IMG/VR virus record: IMGVR_UViG_3300037067_021710
Direction: 5' to 3' (one strand)
Origin: a virus
Lineage: Duplodnaviria > Caudoviricetes
Length of the DNA: 64,000 nt
The position numbers were made by a program, and so were the translations under genes. Shown here in pieces: positions 19,229-28,128 of this stretch. The first letter of the stretch is position 1; each line of letters begins with the position of its first letter. The notes beneath the pieces were generated by a model. The model had not been told where the DNA came from. It made no database searches and saw only the letters and a list, made by a program, of their open reading frames with translations.

Positions 19229-19905
19229 AATTCTATTTTTATAGGTTCTTTCAAATACATATAAATATATTTATATAGTAACTTTAATATTTGAGGTTCA
19301 TCTTCAAATGTTTCTTGATAAAAAATTAAAAACCCAGAACCATATTTATTTAAAGAATTATTTTGAAGCCCTTTTAATATCATTTCATTCGTATAGCCAT
19401 TAAAACGTAGTTCTTCAATTATCATATTTGCAAAAGCCATAAGCTCATGTTTGTTTCTATAATATTTTAAATCTTCAGGAATTAAACTTACGTTTTTGTT
19501 TAAATGAACTCGTTCAACATTTTGTAAGTATTGGCCTCTATGGACTAATTCATGAGCAAATACTAACCCGCAAGTGTTTAAAAATCTAGCAAAAAATTTT
19601 CTATCTTTAAAATATTTATTAAAATCTTCAGTAACAAAAATAATTATACTATGCTCAATAGATTTTCCACGTACAATACCATTTCGGCCTTCTTCATTAA
19701 CTATTTTAAAAAGTATATTATATGAAGAAAACACAGAGTTTAATTTTTTAATAATTTCATCTGATGATTTATTAATCAAAGGGTAGTCAAATACAGAAAA
19801 TAAAGCTTCTTCTAAAACTTCTTGGTATTTTTCAGTGTGTATAACTGCTTCATTAAGATTAGAAAAATAATGTAAAGCTTCAAAAATTCTTCTATATTTT
19901 CTCAC
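19225..19905 (-). CDS. Leader-bearing HExxH zincin-like protein, paralog 2
   Basis: MRKYRRIFE/A; FAHELVHRGQ...HELMAFA; LYKYIYMYL. Confidence 0.65.
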   Translation of the reverse strand: MRKYRRIFEALHYFSNLNEAVIHTEKYQEVLEEALFSVFDYPLINKSSDEIIKKLNSVFSSYNILFKIVNEEGRNGIVRGKSIEHSIIIFVTEDFNKYFKDRKFFARFLNTCGLVFAHELVHRGQYLQNVERVHLNKNVSLIPEDLKYYRNKHELMAFANMIIEELRFNGYTNEMILKGLQNNSLNKYGSGFLIFYQETFEDEPQILKLLYKYIYMYLKEPIKIEL

Positions 19906-19914
19906 ATAGATCTC

Positions 19915-20616
19915 CTATAAATTAATATAAACTTTCCACAATTGAGTGTACAAAAACTTTTCTATTTCACCAGGACTTGGGTCTTTATGTGGAGCAATTA
20001 GTATTCCCGCTAGTCTACAGGCAGCATCGACTTCTTCACTACAATAATAAGTATATTTATCATCTCCACTTTTTGATAACCACCCAAGTAATCCAGTGAA
20101 ATCATAAGCTTTTCCAATAATGTTAGTTAGAAATTTTAAAATAAGCTTATTTTGAAATTCATTTGCTGGTATTTTACGGAGAGTCATCTTACGAAGTTGG
20201 TAATGAGAAAAATTAAAACATGTCATCCCTATAGCATCAGCGCTTGAGACAACTAAAGTTTTCATATCACCAGTAAATACTATATTCTTACCATAGCACT
20301 CATAAAGACTTTTTTCTATTTTGAGCCAATCAAGTTCAGAAAACCATTTCTTTAAATCTTCAGAGTATAGAAAAATAACACAATGAGAATATCCACTACT
20401 AAAATATCCAATGATTTTAGAAAGGATATCTTTTGAATCAGCTTTTAAACAACAAAGGTAAAGTCCTTCACCATGTTTTTTAAGAAGATCTTCAAATGGG
20501 GTTAAAAGAGGTATATAGGATTTTGGCTTATGATTCTTTTTATAAGATTCAGATATTTTTTTATTTAACCACGTTAACAACATTATTAACCTCTTCTTTA
20601 AAATATATTTTACCAC
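19915..20616 (-). CDS. Permuted papain-like NlpC/P60 (YiiX/YebB-type) protein; start possibly 20583
   Basis: YSHCVI precedes GKAYDF...YYCSE (His before Cys). Confidence 0.7.
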   Translation of the reverse strand: MVKYILKKRLIMLLTWLNKKISESYKKNHKPKSYIPLLTPFEDLLKKHGEGLYLCCLKADSKDILSKIIGYFSSGYSHCVIFLYSEDLKKWFSELDWLKIEKSLYECYGKNIVFTGDMKTLVVSSADAIGMTCFNFSHYQLRKMTLRKIPANEFQNKLILKFLTNIIGKAYDFTGLLGWLSKSGDDKYTYYCSEEVDAACRLAGILIAPHKDPSPGEIEKFLYTQLWKVYINL

Positions 20617-20695
20617 ATAATTGACAAATACAACTTAATTCAGAATCTTGATATTGGTATGTAAAACATTTACAATATGGGCATTCTTTGACCAT
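20561..20695 (-). CDS. 44 aa zinc-ribbon protein (not in ORF track)
   Basis: MVKECPYCK...CQLCGKIY, hand-translated. Confidence 0.5.
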   Translation of the reverse strand: MVKECPYCKCFTYQYQDSELSCICQLCGKIYFKEEVNNVVNVVK

Positions 20696-20700
20696 GATAA

Positions 20701-21081
20701 TTATTTTAGTTCGTCAAATATACCACAACTTTTTCCAAATGAGTAATAGTCTTCTCTTTCGCTTAAATGGTCCATACTGATTCGCTTTGCAAGTATTGAA
20801 CAAGTAGTATGTTCTTTTTCGACTTCAAGACCCATTTCAATTTCTTTAGGATCAAAATCAGACTCTTTCTTACCACTTTTAACAAACTTACCAGTTCCTA
20901 AAAAGTCACCAAGAAAAGCATAAATTTCAGTTTCAAGTTCACTAGGCTCCATACCTTTTTCTTGAGCTAAAGCATGAATCATATCGTCAGTAGGGTGTGG
21001 AGTTTTTACAAAAAAATCTACAAGCTCTTTTCGAAGAGTTTGAGTATCTGACTGTTCTGAGAATTTGCTTTTGTAGTTCAT
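20701..21081 (-). CDS. Leader-bearing DUF5661-like protein
   Basis: MNYKSKFSE/Q; MGLEVEKEHT...MDHLSEREDYYS. Confidence 0.7.
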   Translation of the reverse strand: MNYKSKFSEQSDTQTLRKELVDFFVKTPHPTDDMIHALAQEKGMEPSELETEIYAFLGDFLGTGKFVKSGKKESDFDPKEIEMGLEVEKEHTTCSILAKRISMDHLSEREDYYSFGKSCGIFDELK

Positions 21082-21082
21082 A

Positions 21083-21367
21083 TTATTTTTTATAATCTAT
21101 TGTTCCAAGAGATTTATAAGAATGTGAATTCCAATCAATAATTGAAACTTTATAAAAATCTCCAAAATCATAAACCTCAAAGTCTCCACCACTCAACTCA
21201 CTTTTTGGAAATTTCTTATGCGCATTTTTATCTGTTTGTAATTTATCATAAATTAAATTGTAAATATTTCTACCTTTAGAATCCTTTTGATCTACAGTTA
21301 TTATTTTGTCTGTAAATTTTGGTAATGTACTGAGACCGCCTTCTTTTAATGATTTGTATCGTTTCAT
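21083..21367 (-). CDS. Putative capsid-targeted internal protein
   Basis: Better start 21367: MKRYKSLKE/G. Confidence 0.7.
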   Translation of the reverse strand: MKRYKSLKEGGLSTLPKFTDKIITVDQKDSKGRNIYNLIYDKLQTDKNAHKKFPKSELSGGDFEVYDFGDFYKVSIIDWNSHSYKSLGTIDYKK

Positions 21368-21369
21368 AT

Positions 21370-21639
21370 TTACCTCGTGTAAGTTGCCCATCCTTGCGAA
21401 TGAGATAATTCTTTTATAATAAACTGAAATACTTTTATATTGTTATCACTACCACATTTTTCAACAATTTTTTGACCATCAAGTTGAAGAAGTTCTACAA
21501 GACCAATACCATCACGAGCATCAACTAAGTCATCAATTTCTTGTTCAAGATTTCCAGCTTTACGACCTAGCCATCGGTATGCTTGCTTTTTAAAATCTTC
21601 GATTTTGTCTGACTCTTTAAGTGAATTATATCTTTTCAT
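21370..21639 (-). CDS. Putative capsid-targeted internal protein
   Basis: Leader MKRYNSLKE/S. Confidence 0.7.
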   Translation of the reverse strand: MKRYNSLKESDKIEDFKKQAYRWLGRKAGNLEQEIDDLVDARDGIGLVELLQLDGQKIVEKCGSDNNIKVFQFIIKELSHSQGWATYTR

Positions 21640-21654
21640 TTGTAAACTTCCTTT

Positions 21655-22020
21655 TTATAAATGGCCAAACATATTTTGTTTAAATTCTTTTAATCGAATT
21701 TTTAAATATTTCATTACATCACCATAATTATGAAAATCTTTATCTGTCATTCCCTCATTTACATAAACAATAAATTCATAACTATCTTCTTCGGGTACAA
21801 TCAAAATTTCTATTGCAAAATCAGCATAATGGCCTTGTTTAGAAGTTCTAATAGTTGTATAAATAGTATCATGATCAGTCAACTCTATTATCTTCTTTTG
21901 AGCGGGTTGATATTTGAAATAGACTAATTTACCAAACTTAGAAATATCTAGTTTAAATTGTTTAACTATCGATACAATTTTATTATCTTCTTTTTCTTGT
22001 AATGTAAGGTATCTATTCAT
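21655..22020 (-). CDS. Putative capsid-targeted internal protein
   Basis: Leader MNRYLTLQE/K. Confidence 0.65.
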   Translation of the reverse strand: MNRYLTLQEKEDNKIVSIVKQFKLDISKFGKLVYFKYQPAQKKIIELTDHDTIYTTIRTSKQGHYADFAIEILIVPEEDSYEFIVYVNEGMTDKDFHNYGDVMKYLKIRLKEFKQNMFGHL

Positions 22021-22450
22021 AAGCTTTCTTTATTTCTTCTCCCCAATTATAATCAAGTAACGGTTTGATATCTATAGCGGGCATTGATTTTTTTCCTAAT
22101 TCATAATAAGCTTGTACTCTATGCCCCCCGTCTAAGAACTTAATTCCTGATACTATAATGGGATCGAACTCTGTACCTGATTGAATCATCTTTTTATACT
22201 TGTCTATAACTTTTTTAGATATAGTCCTGTTCTTAAATTGTTTGAACATTGCTTCAGGGCTTACCTTTTTTATTTTAAGCTCTGGTAGGTCTGGAGTATC
22301 TTTAACGAAATCAATGATATCACTATCATTCCAAAATTTGGAAGTGTCTTTAAATCCTGAGTACTTCAACTTTAATTCTTCTACGATGTCTTCTTGAACA
22401 TCTGATTGTAGGTCATCAAAAGATTCTGTTAATGAATAATAACGTTTCAT
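22013..22450 (-). CDS. Leader-bearing ParB/Srx-like domain protein
   Basis: MKRYYSLTE/S; FDPIIV...FLDGGHRVQA. Confidence 0.7.
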   Translation of the reverse strand: MKRYYSLTESFDDLQSDVQEDIVEELKLKYSGFKDTSKFWNDSDIIDFVKDTPDLPELKIKKVSPEAMFKQFKNRTISKKVIDKYKKMIQSGTEFDPIIVSGIKFLDGGHRVQAYYELGKKSMPAIDIKPLLDYNWGEEIKKAYE

Positions 22451-22452
22451 TT

Positions 22453-22812
22453 TTATTCACCATAAATAGTTTTATAATATTCATCAACAAAAGAAGCTCT
22501 TACAGGGACTCCATTGCCAATAGACTTCATCATACGAGCAAGACCAGCAACAAAAGTTTTTTCATCAGCAGATTGTGCTTTATACCCAAGAGCAAATGCT
22601 TTGTGTTGTATAAGTTTAAATCGTTTGGTTATATTGGGCTCAGAGAGAATTTCTTTAACCCCAGTGCTATGAGGATCTATTTCAAATCTGCGATCACCTT
22701 TGGGCCCTTTCATTGTGTCTACTCGTAAAGGATTGTTTATAGACCCTGCAGTAGAACCCGAAGTATTTATTTTAAGGTCTAAGGGCTCTTGTATTGATTT
22801 ATATCGTTTCAT
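22453..22812 (-). CDS. Putative capsid-targeted internal protein
   Basis: Leader MKRYKSIQE/P. Confidence 0.65.
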   Translation of the reverse strand: MKRYKSIQEPLDLKINTSGSTAGSINNPLRVDTMKGPKGDRRFEIDPHSTGVKEILSEPNITKRFKLIQHKAFALGYKAQSADEKTFVAGLARMMKSIGNGVPVRASFVDEYYKTIYGE

Positions 22813-22827
22813 TTTAATTTTTACCTA

Positions 22828-23088
22828 TTATATATAACTTTTTAAAGTATCTGTAAGATCATCAATTATATAAAGTGTAATAAGTCTTGCTGGAATATTG
22901 TAATTTTTTGTTATAAAACTTGATAATTCAGAATATGATTTTAATAAATCATGAGCATATAAACTATATACTTTAGACTCTGGGTATTTTCCATATTTCA
23001 TTCTTATTATTTTAGCAGTTTTGTCTAAAAGTTTTAAATATTGTTTTTCATCTAATGCTTCTTTTAATATTGTTTTATATCGTTTCAT
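22828..23088 (-). CDS. Putative capsid-targeted internal protein (paralog of 23674-23928)
   Basis: MKRYKTILKE/A; DEKQYLKLLDKTAKII. Confidence 0.7.
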   Translation of the reverse strand: MKRYKTILKEALDEKQYLKLLDKTAKIIRMKYGKYPESKVYSLYAHDLLKSYSELSSFITKNYNIPARLITLYIIDDLTDTLKSYI

Positions 23089-23109
23089 TTATTTACTCAT
23101 AATTAAAAT

Positions 23110-23367
23110 CTATAAATGTAAGTCTTTGTTTAACTCTATCATACTATTGATATATTCATCTATTTCTGAAATTTTAAATACATAGTTTTCTCTTGGAACT
23201 TCTCCTAAATAGATTGCATAAGCTATATCATTAAGACCGCCATAATTATTTTTTCCAAATAATTTACGAGCATAGTTTTTACTTGCTTGAATATCATTAA
23301 TTATCTTATTTAATTTTAAATAGCTCCATGGGTGAAAAGATTCTTGTATTGATTTATATCGTTTCAT
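23110..23367 (-). CDS. Putative capsid-targeted internal protein
   Basis: Leader MKRYKSIQE/S. Confidence 0.7.
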   Translation of the reverse strand: MKRYKSIQESFHPWSYLKLNKIINDIQASKNYARKLFGKNNYGGLNDIAYAIYLGEVPRENYVFKISEIDEYINSMIELNKDLHL

Positions 23368-23369
23368 AT

Positions 23370-23660
23370 TTAATCTTCTCCAAAAGTTTTGTCCAATAAT
23401 TTTAAGGTTTTTGTATATGCTAAGTTATTCGGTAAACTTAATTCTGCATTCATATCTTTATAATTAGACTTTGTATTAAGCTTACCATGAGGTATATTAT
23501 TTTTTGTCAAGAGTTTTTCTACTATTTTAGCATCATCTAAAAGTTCAAAGCTCATTATAAAGAATTGCTTAGTTTTTCCATTTGAGTCAACCCCGTTAAC
23601 AGGGTCAATATTATAATAGCCAATCTTAGCTTCTTTTAATAATGATTTATATCTTTTCAT
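23370..23660 (-). CDS. Putative capsid-targeted internal protein
   Basis: Leader MKRYKSLLKE/A. Confidence 0.7.
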   Translation of the reverse strand: MKRYKSLLKEAKIGYYNIDPVNGVDSNGKTKQFFIMSFELLDDAKIVEKLLTKNNIPHGKLNTKSNYKDMNAELSLPNNLAYTKTLKLLDKTFGED

Positions 23661-23673
23661 TATTTTTCTTCTC

Positions 23674-23928
23674 TTATTTAATATTATTGTGCTCTATTAT
23701 ATCTTCTATAAAATGACCTGCAACAAGCCTACTAGGACTGTCATATCTATCTCTAACATACTTAAATAAGTCATGAGAGCTAAACATTAAAGTAGATGCT
23801 ATATTTTCAATGTCTTTAGAAGAAGGGTGATTTGCAAATCTTTGATGAATAATTTTTCCAGCTTTGTCAAGAATTTCTAGATATTTCTTTTCGTCAAAAG
23901 ACTCTTTTAATGATTTATATCTTTTCAT
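23674..23928 (-). CDS. Putative capsid-targeted internal protein
   Basis: MKRYKSLKE/S; DEKKYLEILDKAGKII. Confidence 0.7.
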   Translation of the reverse strand: MKRYKSLKESFDEKKYLEILDKAGKIIHQRFANHPSSKDIENIASTLMFSSHDLFKYVRDRYDSPSRLVAGHFIEDIIEHNNIK

Positions 23929-24095
23929 AAAGAAGCACCCAGCACTTTAATAATTTTATCTAATTTTTTTCGTTCTGAAGTAGTTGCAGCTCCCATTGCT
24001 TTCTGATCAACAAAGTTTATTAAAAATTCTAAGTCATCATAACCAATAGTAACAGACACAGAGGACTCAGTTAACTTACTTTTGTATTTTTGCAT
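23925..24095 (-). CDS. Putative capsid-targeted internal protein
   Basis: Better start 24095: MQKYKSKLTE/S. Confidence 0.65.
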   Translation of the reverse strand: MQKYKSKLTESSVSVTIGYDDLEFLINFVDQKAMGAATTSERKKLDKIIKVLGASL

Positions 24096-24144
24096 AATTA
24101 TACCTATGTTAATATATAATACAAATTTGAACACTATTTTGTAT

Positions 24145-24899
24145 TTATTTATTAGTAAAAGAAAGGAATTTTTTAATTATTGGGAGTAATTCGTCAGACA
24201 AGACTTTTGATAAAATACAAGAACCACCTTCTTCACTATAAAGTACATGAGAACCATCAGGTTGCTTTATTAAGTCTCGTTCTGAGCGGATAGGGTAGTA
24301 ATTATCTTCAGTCATAATATATACATCTTCTCCTAAGACTAATTCACCATTTGGAAGTCCTAAAGAAGTTAAATTGTATACATGCTCATCTGGATGTATT
24401 TCTAATTGTTCAATTGGTAGGTCATTAAAGAGGGTATCGGGAAAATCATTCATATTTTTATATTTCCACTTGCCCATGGGCTAGAAAGTGAGTTTCTATA
24501 TCCATGTCGTGACTGTTGCATCTGTTTTGCATCTTTTGGAGCAATTGGTAAACCCGCATAGGTTTTTATTTTACTATGTTTAAAAATTGCCGTTTTTATT
24601 TTATCAAGCTTTGTATTTTCTTCTGGTTTATTTTCATTTAAAGACAATAAATCTTCAAACGTAGCTTCCTGTTTTTCTATATCAGCTTTATATTCTTCCC
24701 ATATATGATCATCAATGTTAATAAATAAAACTTTAAATTTATTAAGTTCTTCTTTAAATGACCCAAAATCTATTAAGGAGAATGTGCTAATAAACTCTAT
24801 AAATCTGTAATATCCTAAATAAGAAGCATCTTCAGGTGCTTCAGAACTTATAAATCTTACTGAATCATGCAATGTTTGTTTACAAAGAATCCATCTCAT
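24145..24899 (-). CDS. Two hypothetical genes (24145-24477, 24450-24899)
   Basis: ORF track, operon packing. Confidence 0.6.
24150..24157 (-). promoter_or_regulatory. Late promoter-like box TACTAATA
   Basis: Heads the 18.2-24.1 kb array. Confidence 0.6.
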
Positions 24900-25285
24900 G
24901 CATTACACTCGAGAGTTACTTCAATATCTTCAAGATTCAAGTTATTCTGAATATTTTTTACTATTTGATTTTTAATATATTTTTCAACAGGAGAAATATC
25001 TCCCTCTGAAATACATTTAATCTCTTCACATAGCCCATCAAGCGGCTCTGCTTCTAATTCAGTTACTACTTTCATACCGCTGGTAGTATCTTTATCATAA
25101 AATTTAAGTTTTAATCTACAAAGGTATGGAATAATCAATTCGCATTCATTTGAGTCTTGAGTATAGATTTCTAAAGTTGTAGCTATCAAAAAAGCTTTTA
25201 AAACTTCTTGAACTATTTTATACTCTTTACCCGATATTGCACTAATTTTTTCTATAAACTGTTTTTCTTGATGTGAAAGTCTCAA
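24896..25285 (-). CDS. Possible divergent HU/IHF-like DNA-binding protein
   Basis: FIEKISAISG...VQEVLKAFL...LIIPYL resembles HU helices 1-2 and the first strand. Confidence 0.35.
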   Translation of the reverse strand: MRLSHQEKQFIEKISAISGKEYKIVQEVLKAFLIATTLEIYTQDSNECELIIPYLCRLKLKFYDKDTTSGMKVVTELEAEPLDGLCEEIKCISEGDISPVEKYIKNQIVKNIQNNLNLEDIEVTLECNA

Positions 25286-25307
25286 TAGAGAACTCCTTAA
25301 TATTTTT

Positions 25308-25550
25308 TTAATAACTCATTTTAACATTTGAACTTGAAGAATACCACACAGTAGTCGGGATAGCATTTGGATAAAAGGGGCTTTGGAAATACGGAACAAC
25401 TTCTCTTACTGGAACAGGATAACCTATTGTAACATAAGACTTTTCATAAACTTCTTTGAGTTTCAGATATAACTCATAGGCTTCGCAATCATTTAAAATA
25501 ATTTCTTTACAATTATCTAATTTAATTTTAATTTGTACTTCTGCTCTCAT
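25308..25550 (-). CDS. Hypothetical protein
   Basis: GGAGG RBS. Confidence 0.6.
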   Translation of the reverse strand: MRAEVQIKIKLDNCKEIILNDCEAYELYLKLKEVYEKSYVTIGYPVPVREVVPYFQSPFYPNAIPTTVWYSSSSNVKMSY

Positions 25551-25559
25551 ACTTCCTCC

Positions 25560-26132
25560 TTAGAATCTATATTCAAATTTTAAATTTGTTGCAACTGAGA
25601 ACATTGACTTATCAATTGTGCTATATACTCCTACTTCAGGCCCAAGAGATACATTTCCCCAATGTCGTTGAAATCCAATAAGACCGCCAACTTGAGGATA
25701 AAACTTTTTACCAATAGAGTCATAACTAATAAGGGCTCCTAATCCTAATGCAACTGACCATTTTGGATTTGGGCATGTCCAATTAACATCGAAATATGAA
25801 GTATATTCTTTACACTTATCTTGCCCAAATATTTTCAATGTAAGCTTATTTGCTTTATATTTATCAATAGAAGCAGTCATATTTATTTTTGTACCACAAA
25901 TGCTATTTTTGTCTACTGGAGGGTACACTTTTCCCTTATCTTTACTTTCATCTTTTTCTACAGAAGGCGGGGTTGTACGAGCACAAGAATTTGCCCCCAA
26001 TATATACATTCCAAATCCGTATCCAACTAATAATACAACTACAGCACTTGAAATAATTAAAACTTTTTTCCATTTAGCTATAGAGGTTAACTTTTGCATA
26101 AAAGATGTTGAAGCAATAATTTCAGTAGCCAT
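25560..26132 (-). CDS. Envelope protein: N-terminal TM helix, C-terminal amphipathic beta-strands ending YRF (spanin-like candidate)
   Basis: Hydrophobic segment at ~25-46; outer-membrane beta-signal-like end; lies in the lysis cluster. Confidence 0.5.
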   Translation of the reverse strand: MATEIIASTSFMQKLTSIAKWKKVLIISSAVVVLLVGYGFGMYILGANSCARTTPPSVEKDESKDKGKVYPPVDKNSICGTKINMTASIDKYKANKLTLKIFGQDKCKEYTSYFDVNWTCPNPKWSVALGLGALISYDSIGKKFYPQVGGLIGFQRHWGNVSLGPEVGVYSTIDKSMFSVATNLKFEYRF

Positions 26133-26141
26133 AAAATATTC

Positions 26142-26357
26142 CTATTGTTTTTTCAAGTAGAACTCTGAAAGAATTTTCCAATTTTCATATGTCATTTTTT
26201 CTACTTTTCCTTTAACAATAATAGTAACCATGCCATCATTAGTAGACTTTGATTTAATTGGAGTTTCTATTTTGTTAACAGAACTACAAGCACAAAGGCA
26301 AGTAAATGCTAGACTTATAAACACACTAATTAATTTTTTCATATAAAGTTTCTCCAT
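26142..26357 (-). CDS. Small lipoprotein (o-spanin-like position)
   Basis: MKKLISVFISLAFTCLCAC-S signal peptide/lipobox. Confidence 0.5.
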   Translation of the reverse strand: MEKLYMKKLISVFISLAFTCLCACSSVNKIETPIKSKSTNDGMVTIIVKGKVEKMTYENWKILSEFYLKKQ

Positions 26358-26887
26358 TATTCGTTGATTATCTTATTAATATTCTCTAAAGTTTTTACTA
26401 AACTTTTATGTTGCTTTAACTCTTTAGTTTTTAATTCAATTTGTTGTTTTTGATATTTAACAATAGCTGCATTAGCAATCTTTTTGTTTATAAAATAACA
26501 TACGACGCTTAAACTCACTATAACTATAATGCTAGCAACTCCAATAGCCACAACTTTAATAATTGCTTTTGCATCCATAGCTTTTAATTTTACAAGCAAC
26601 TCTTTAAGTTTAGCAATTAAAGAAGTAAATAACTTTTTAATTGTTGATATTTTAGAAAAAAGATCTACAAAAAAAGTTTTTATTTTACTCAAAATACTTA
26701 TTGAAGAAGTAGCAACTTCTGTAGTACTCTCTGTAGTACCTTGAGGAATTCCCTTTTGAAGAGCAGCTTCTACTGCCATTCGTACTGCATCAGCTTGTGA
26801 AACAGTAGATGAAGTAACCTGCTCACCCGTAACTGTAGATGATAAACTAGAACTTTCTGTAAGTGACCCTTGCTCATTTTCTGCCAT
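26357..26887 (-). CDS. Single-TM membrane protein in lysis cluster
   Basis: TM VVAIGVASIIVIVSLSVVCYFI followed by a coiled coil. Confidence 0.55.
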   Translation of the reverse strand: MAENEQGSLTESSSLSSTVTGEQVTSSTVSQADAVRMAVEAALQKGIPQGTTESTTEVATSSISILSKIKTFFVDLFSKISTIKKLFTSLIAKLKELLVKLKAMDAKAIIKVVAIGVASIIVIVSLSVVCYFINKKIANAAIVKYQKQQIELKTKELKQHKSLVKTLENINKIINE

Positions 26888-26902
26888 GATATATCTCTCC
26901 GT

Positions 26903-27340
26903 TTATTTTGTTTTTATTTTATTAATAATCTCAATAGCTTTCGTAAGTACCGTATTTGTATCAAGATCTCCAGTATCTACTGAAGATTTATTTTCTTGTC
27001 TTACTTTAAAGACATACATTACAGCGCCAAATATAGTAATTAAAAAATACCAAAATTCAGAAGGATATCCTTGTAATGACTCCATGATAAGTTTCCCAGT
27101 AGTTGGGTCATACTTTCTAAGTGGGGTCGTAGCAATTTTAGAGGCAATAGCTACAACATACATAGAAGCTGCTGTAATAATACTTGCTATAGTTATTGTA
27201 ATAGAGGGATTCCCCGTAGAATCAGGTAATAAAAATTGCCGAATAATAAACTGCCATAAGCTCTCATTAGGGTTTGGCGGGACGAGCAAAAAGCCTTTTA
27301 TTCTTTTAAGTATCGTTTCTTTAGTTGAAGAAAATGTCAT
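26903..27340 (-). CDS. Holin-like two-TM protein
   Basis: Two hydrophobic helices, charged C-terminus, coupled to the endolysin-like gene. Confidence 0.55.
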   Translation of the reverse strand: MTFSSTKETILKRIKGFLLVPPNPNESLWQFIIRQFLLPDSTGNPSITITIASIITAASMYVVAIASKIATTPLRKYDPTTGKLIMESLQGYPSEFWYFLITIFGAVMYVFKVRQENKSSVDTGDLDTNTVLTKAIEIINKIKTK

Positions 27341-27975
27341 ACCATATCCTCATTAAAAAGCATATAACTAAATTTACAAGCTTTATTAGTTTTGTACATT
27401 TCACTATTTTTTATCATTGCCATAAATTCTAAAAATTCATTATGAAAACGAAATACTTGACAACCAGCTGAATATTTATTAACTTCTTTTGGATCATTTA
27501 ACCCAGCTCTATGACAATTTATACCAACATATCCAGTTTGTATTGGGTCATTATCATCTTTTATATTGTCTTTATTTACATCACGCCAAAAAGTAATTAC
27601 ATTCCCAGTCTGTACTAAAGCTTCATGAGCAAAACTAGTTCCAGAAGCATGAATACCAACTTGCCAAATATTTTTATGAAACCCCTCAACTACATGAGCA
27701 GCTCCTTTAACTCCTTTATAAGTAACTGGGTTTAGAACCCACCATTTACCGGGATCAGTAGTTGCAGTGTATACCTTAAGTTTAAAGTCTGAAGCAAGAA
27801 TAATTTTATCATCAAAAAAGTCTTCTTCTAAAAGAACTTTATCTACTGAAGCAAGTACAGCATCAAGAGCGGTACCCGAATTATACAGTTTAGTATTTCT
27901 AATTCCAATAATATTTATTTCTTGCCAATCAACATTATTAGAAGCATACAAGTCTTTTAGTTGTGAAATTTCCAT
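27337..27975 (-). CDS. Endolysin candidate with L,D-transpeptidase-like (YkuD) catalytic motif
   Basis: GINCHRAG...YSAGCQV (His-x11-SxGC); TTDPG; adjacent holin-like gene. Confidence 0.6.
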   Translation of the reverse strand: MEISQLKDLYASNNVDWQEINIIGIRNTKLYNSGTALDAVLASVDKVLLEEDFFDDKIILASDFKLKVYTATTDPGKWWVLNPVTYKGVKGAAHVVEGFHKNIWQVGIHASGTSFAHEALVQTGNVITFWRDVNKDNIKDDNDPIQTGYVGINCHRAGLNDPKEVNKYSAGCQVFRFHNEFLEFMAMIKNSEMYKTNKACKFSYMLFNEDMV

Positions 27976-28124
27976 TAACCAAACATGCGCTTAAGAGTTT
28001 TAAAAGTGTTTTCACCTAGCTTCTTTAATCTAATACCAGGATTTTTAGTCATCTCGTTAAGCTCTTCTTCGTTAACTTCTTGGTCGTCAACTTTATACAA
28101 AGGTTCAATTTTGGATTTATCCAT
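27975..28124 (-). CDS. 49 aa protein directly after the portal gene (not in ORF track)
   Basis: GAGGAG RBS; MDKSKIEPLYKVDDQEV...KRMFG; stop overlaps next ATG. Confidence 0.65.
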   Translation of the reverse strand: MDKSKIEPLYKVDDQEVNEEELNEMTKNPGIRLKKLGENTFKTLKRMFG

Positions 28125-28128
28125 TCTT

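Noticed and set aside
11191-24095. Repeated ~30 bp leader DNA as a CRISPR array or integron attC sites
   Set aside because: The repeats are degenerate, protein-coding and non-palindromic, and they are separated by whole genes; no cas or integrase gene is visible in the window.
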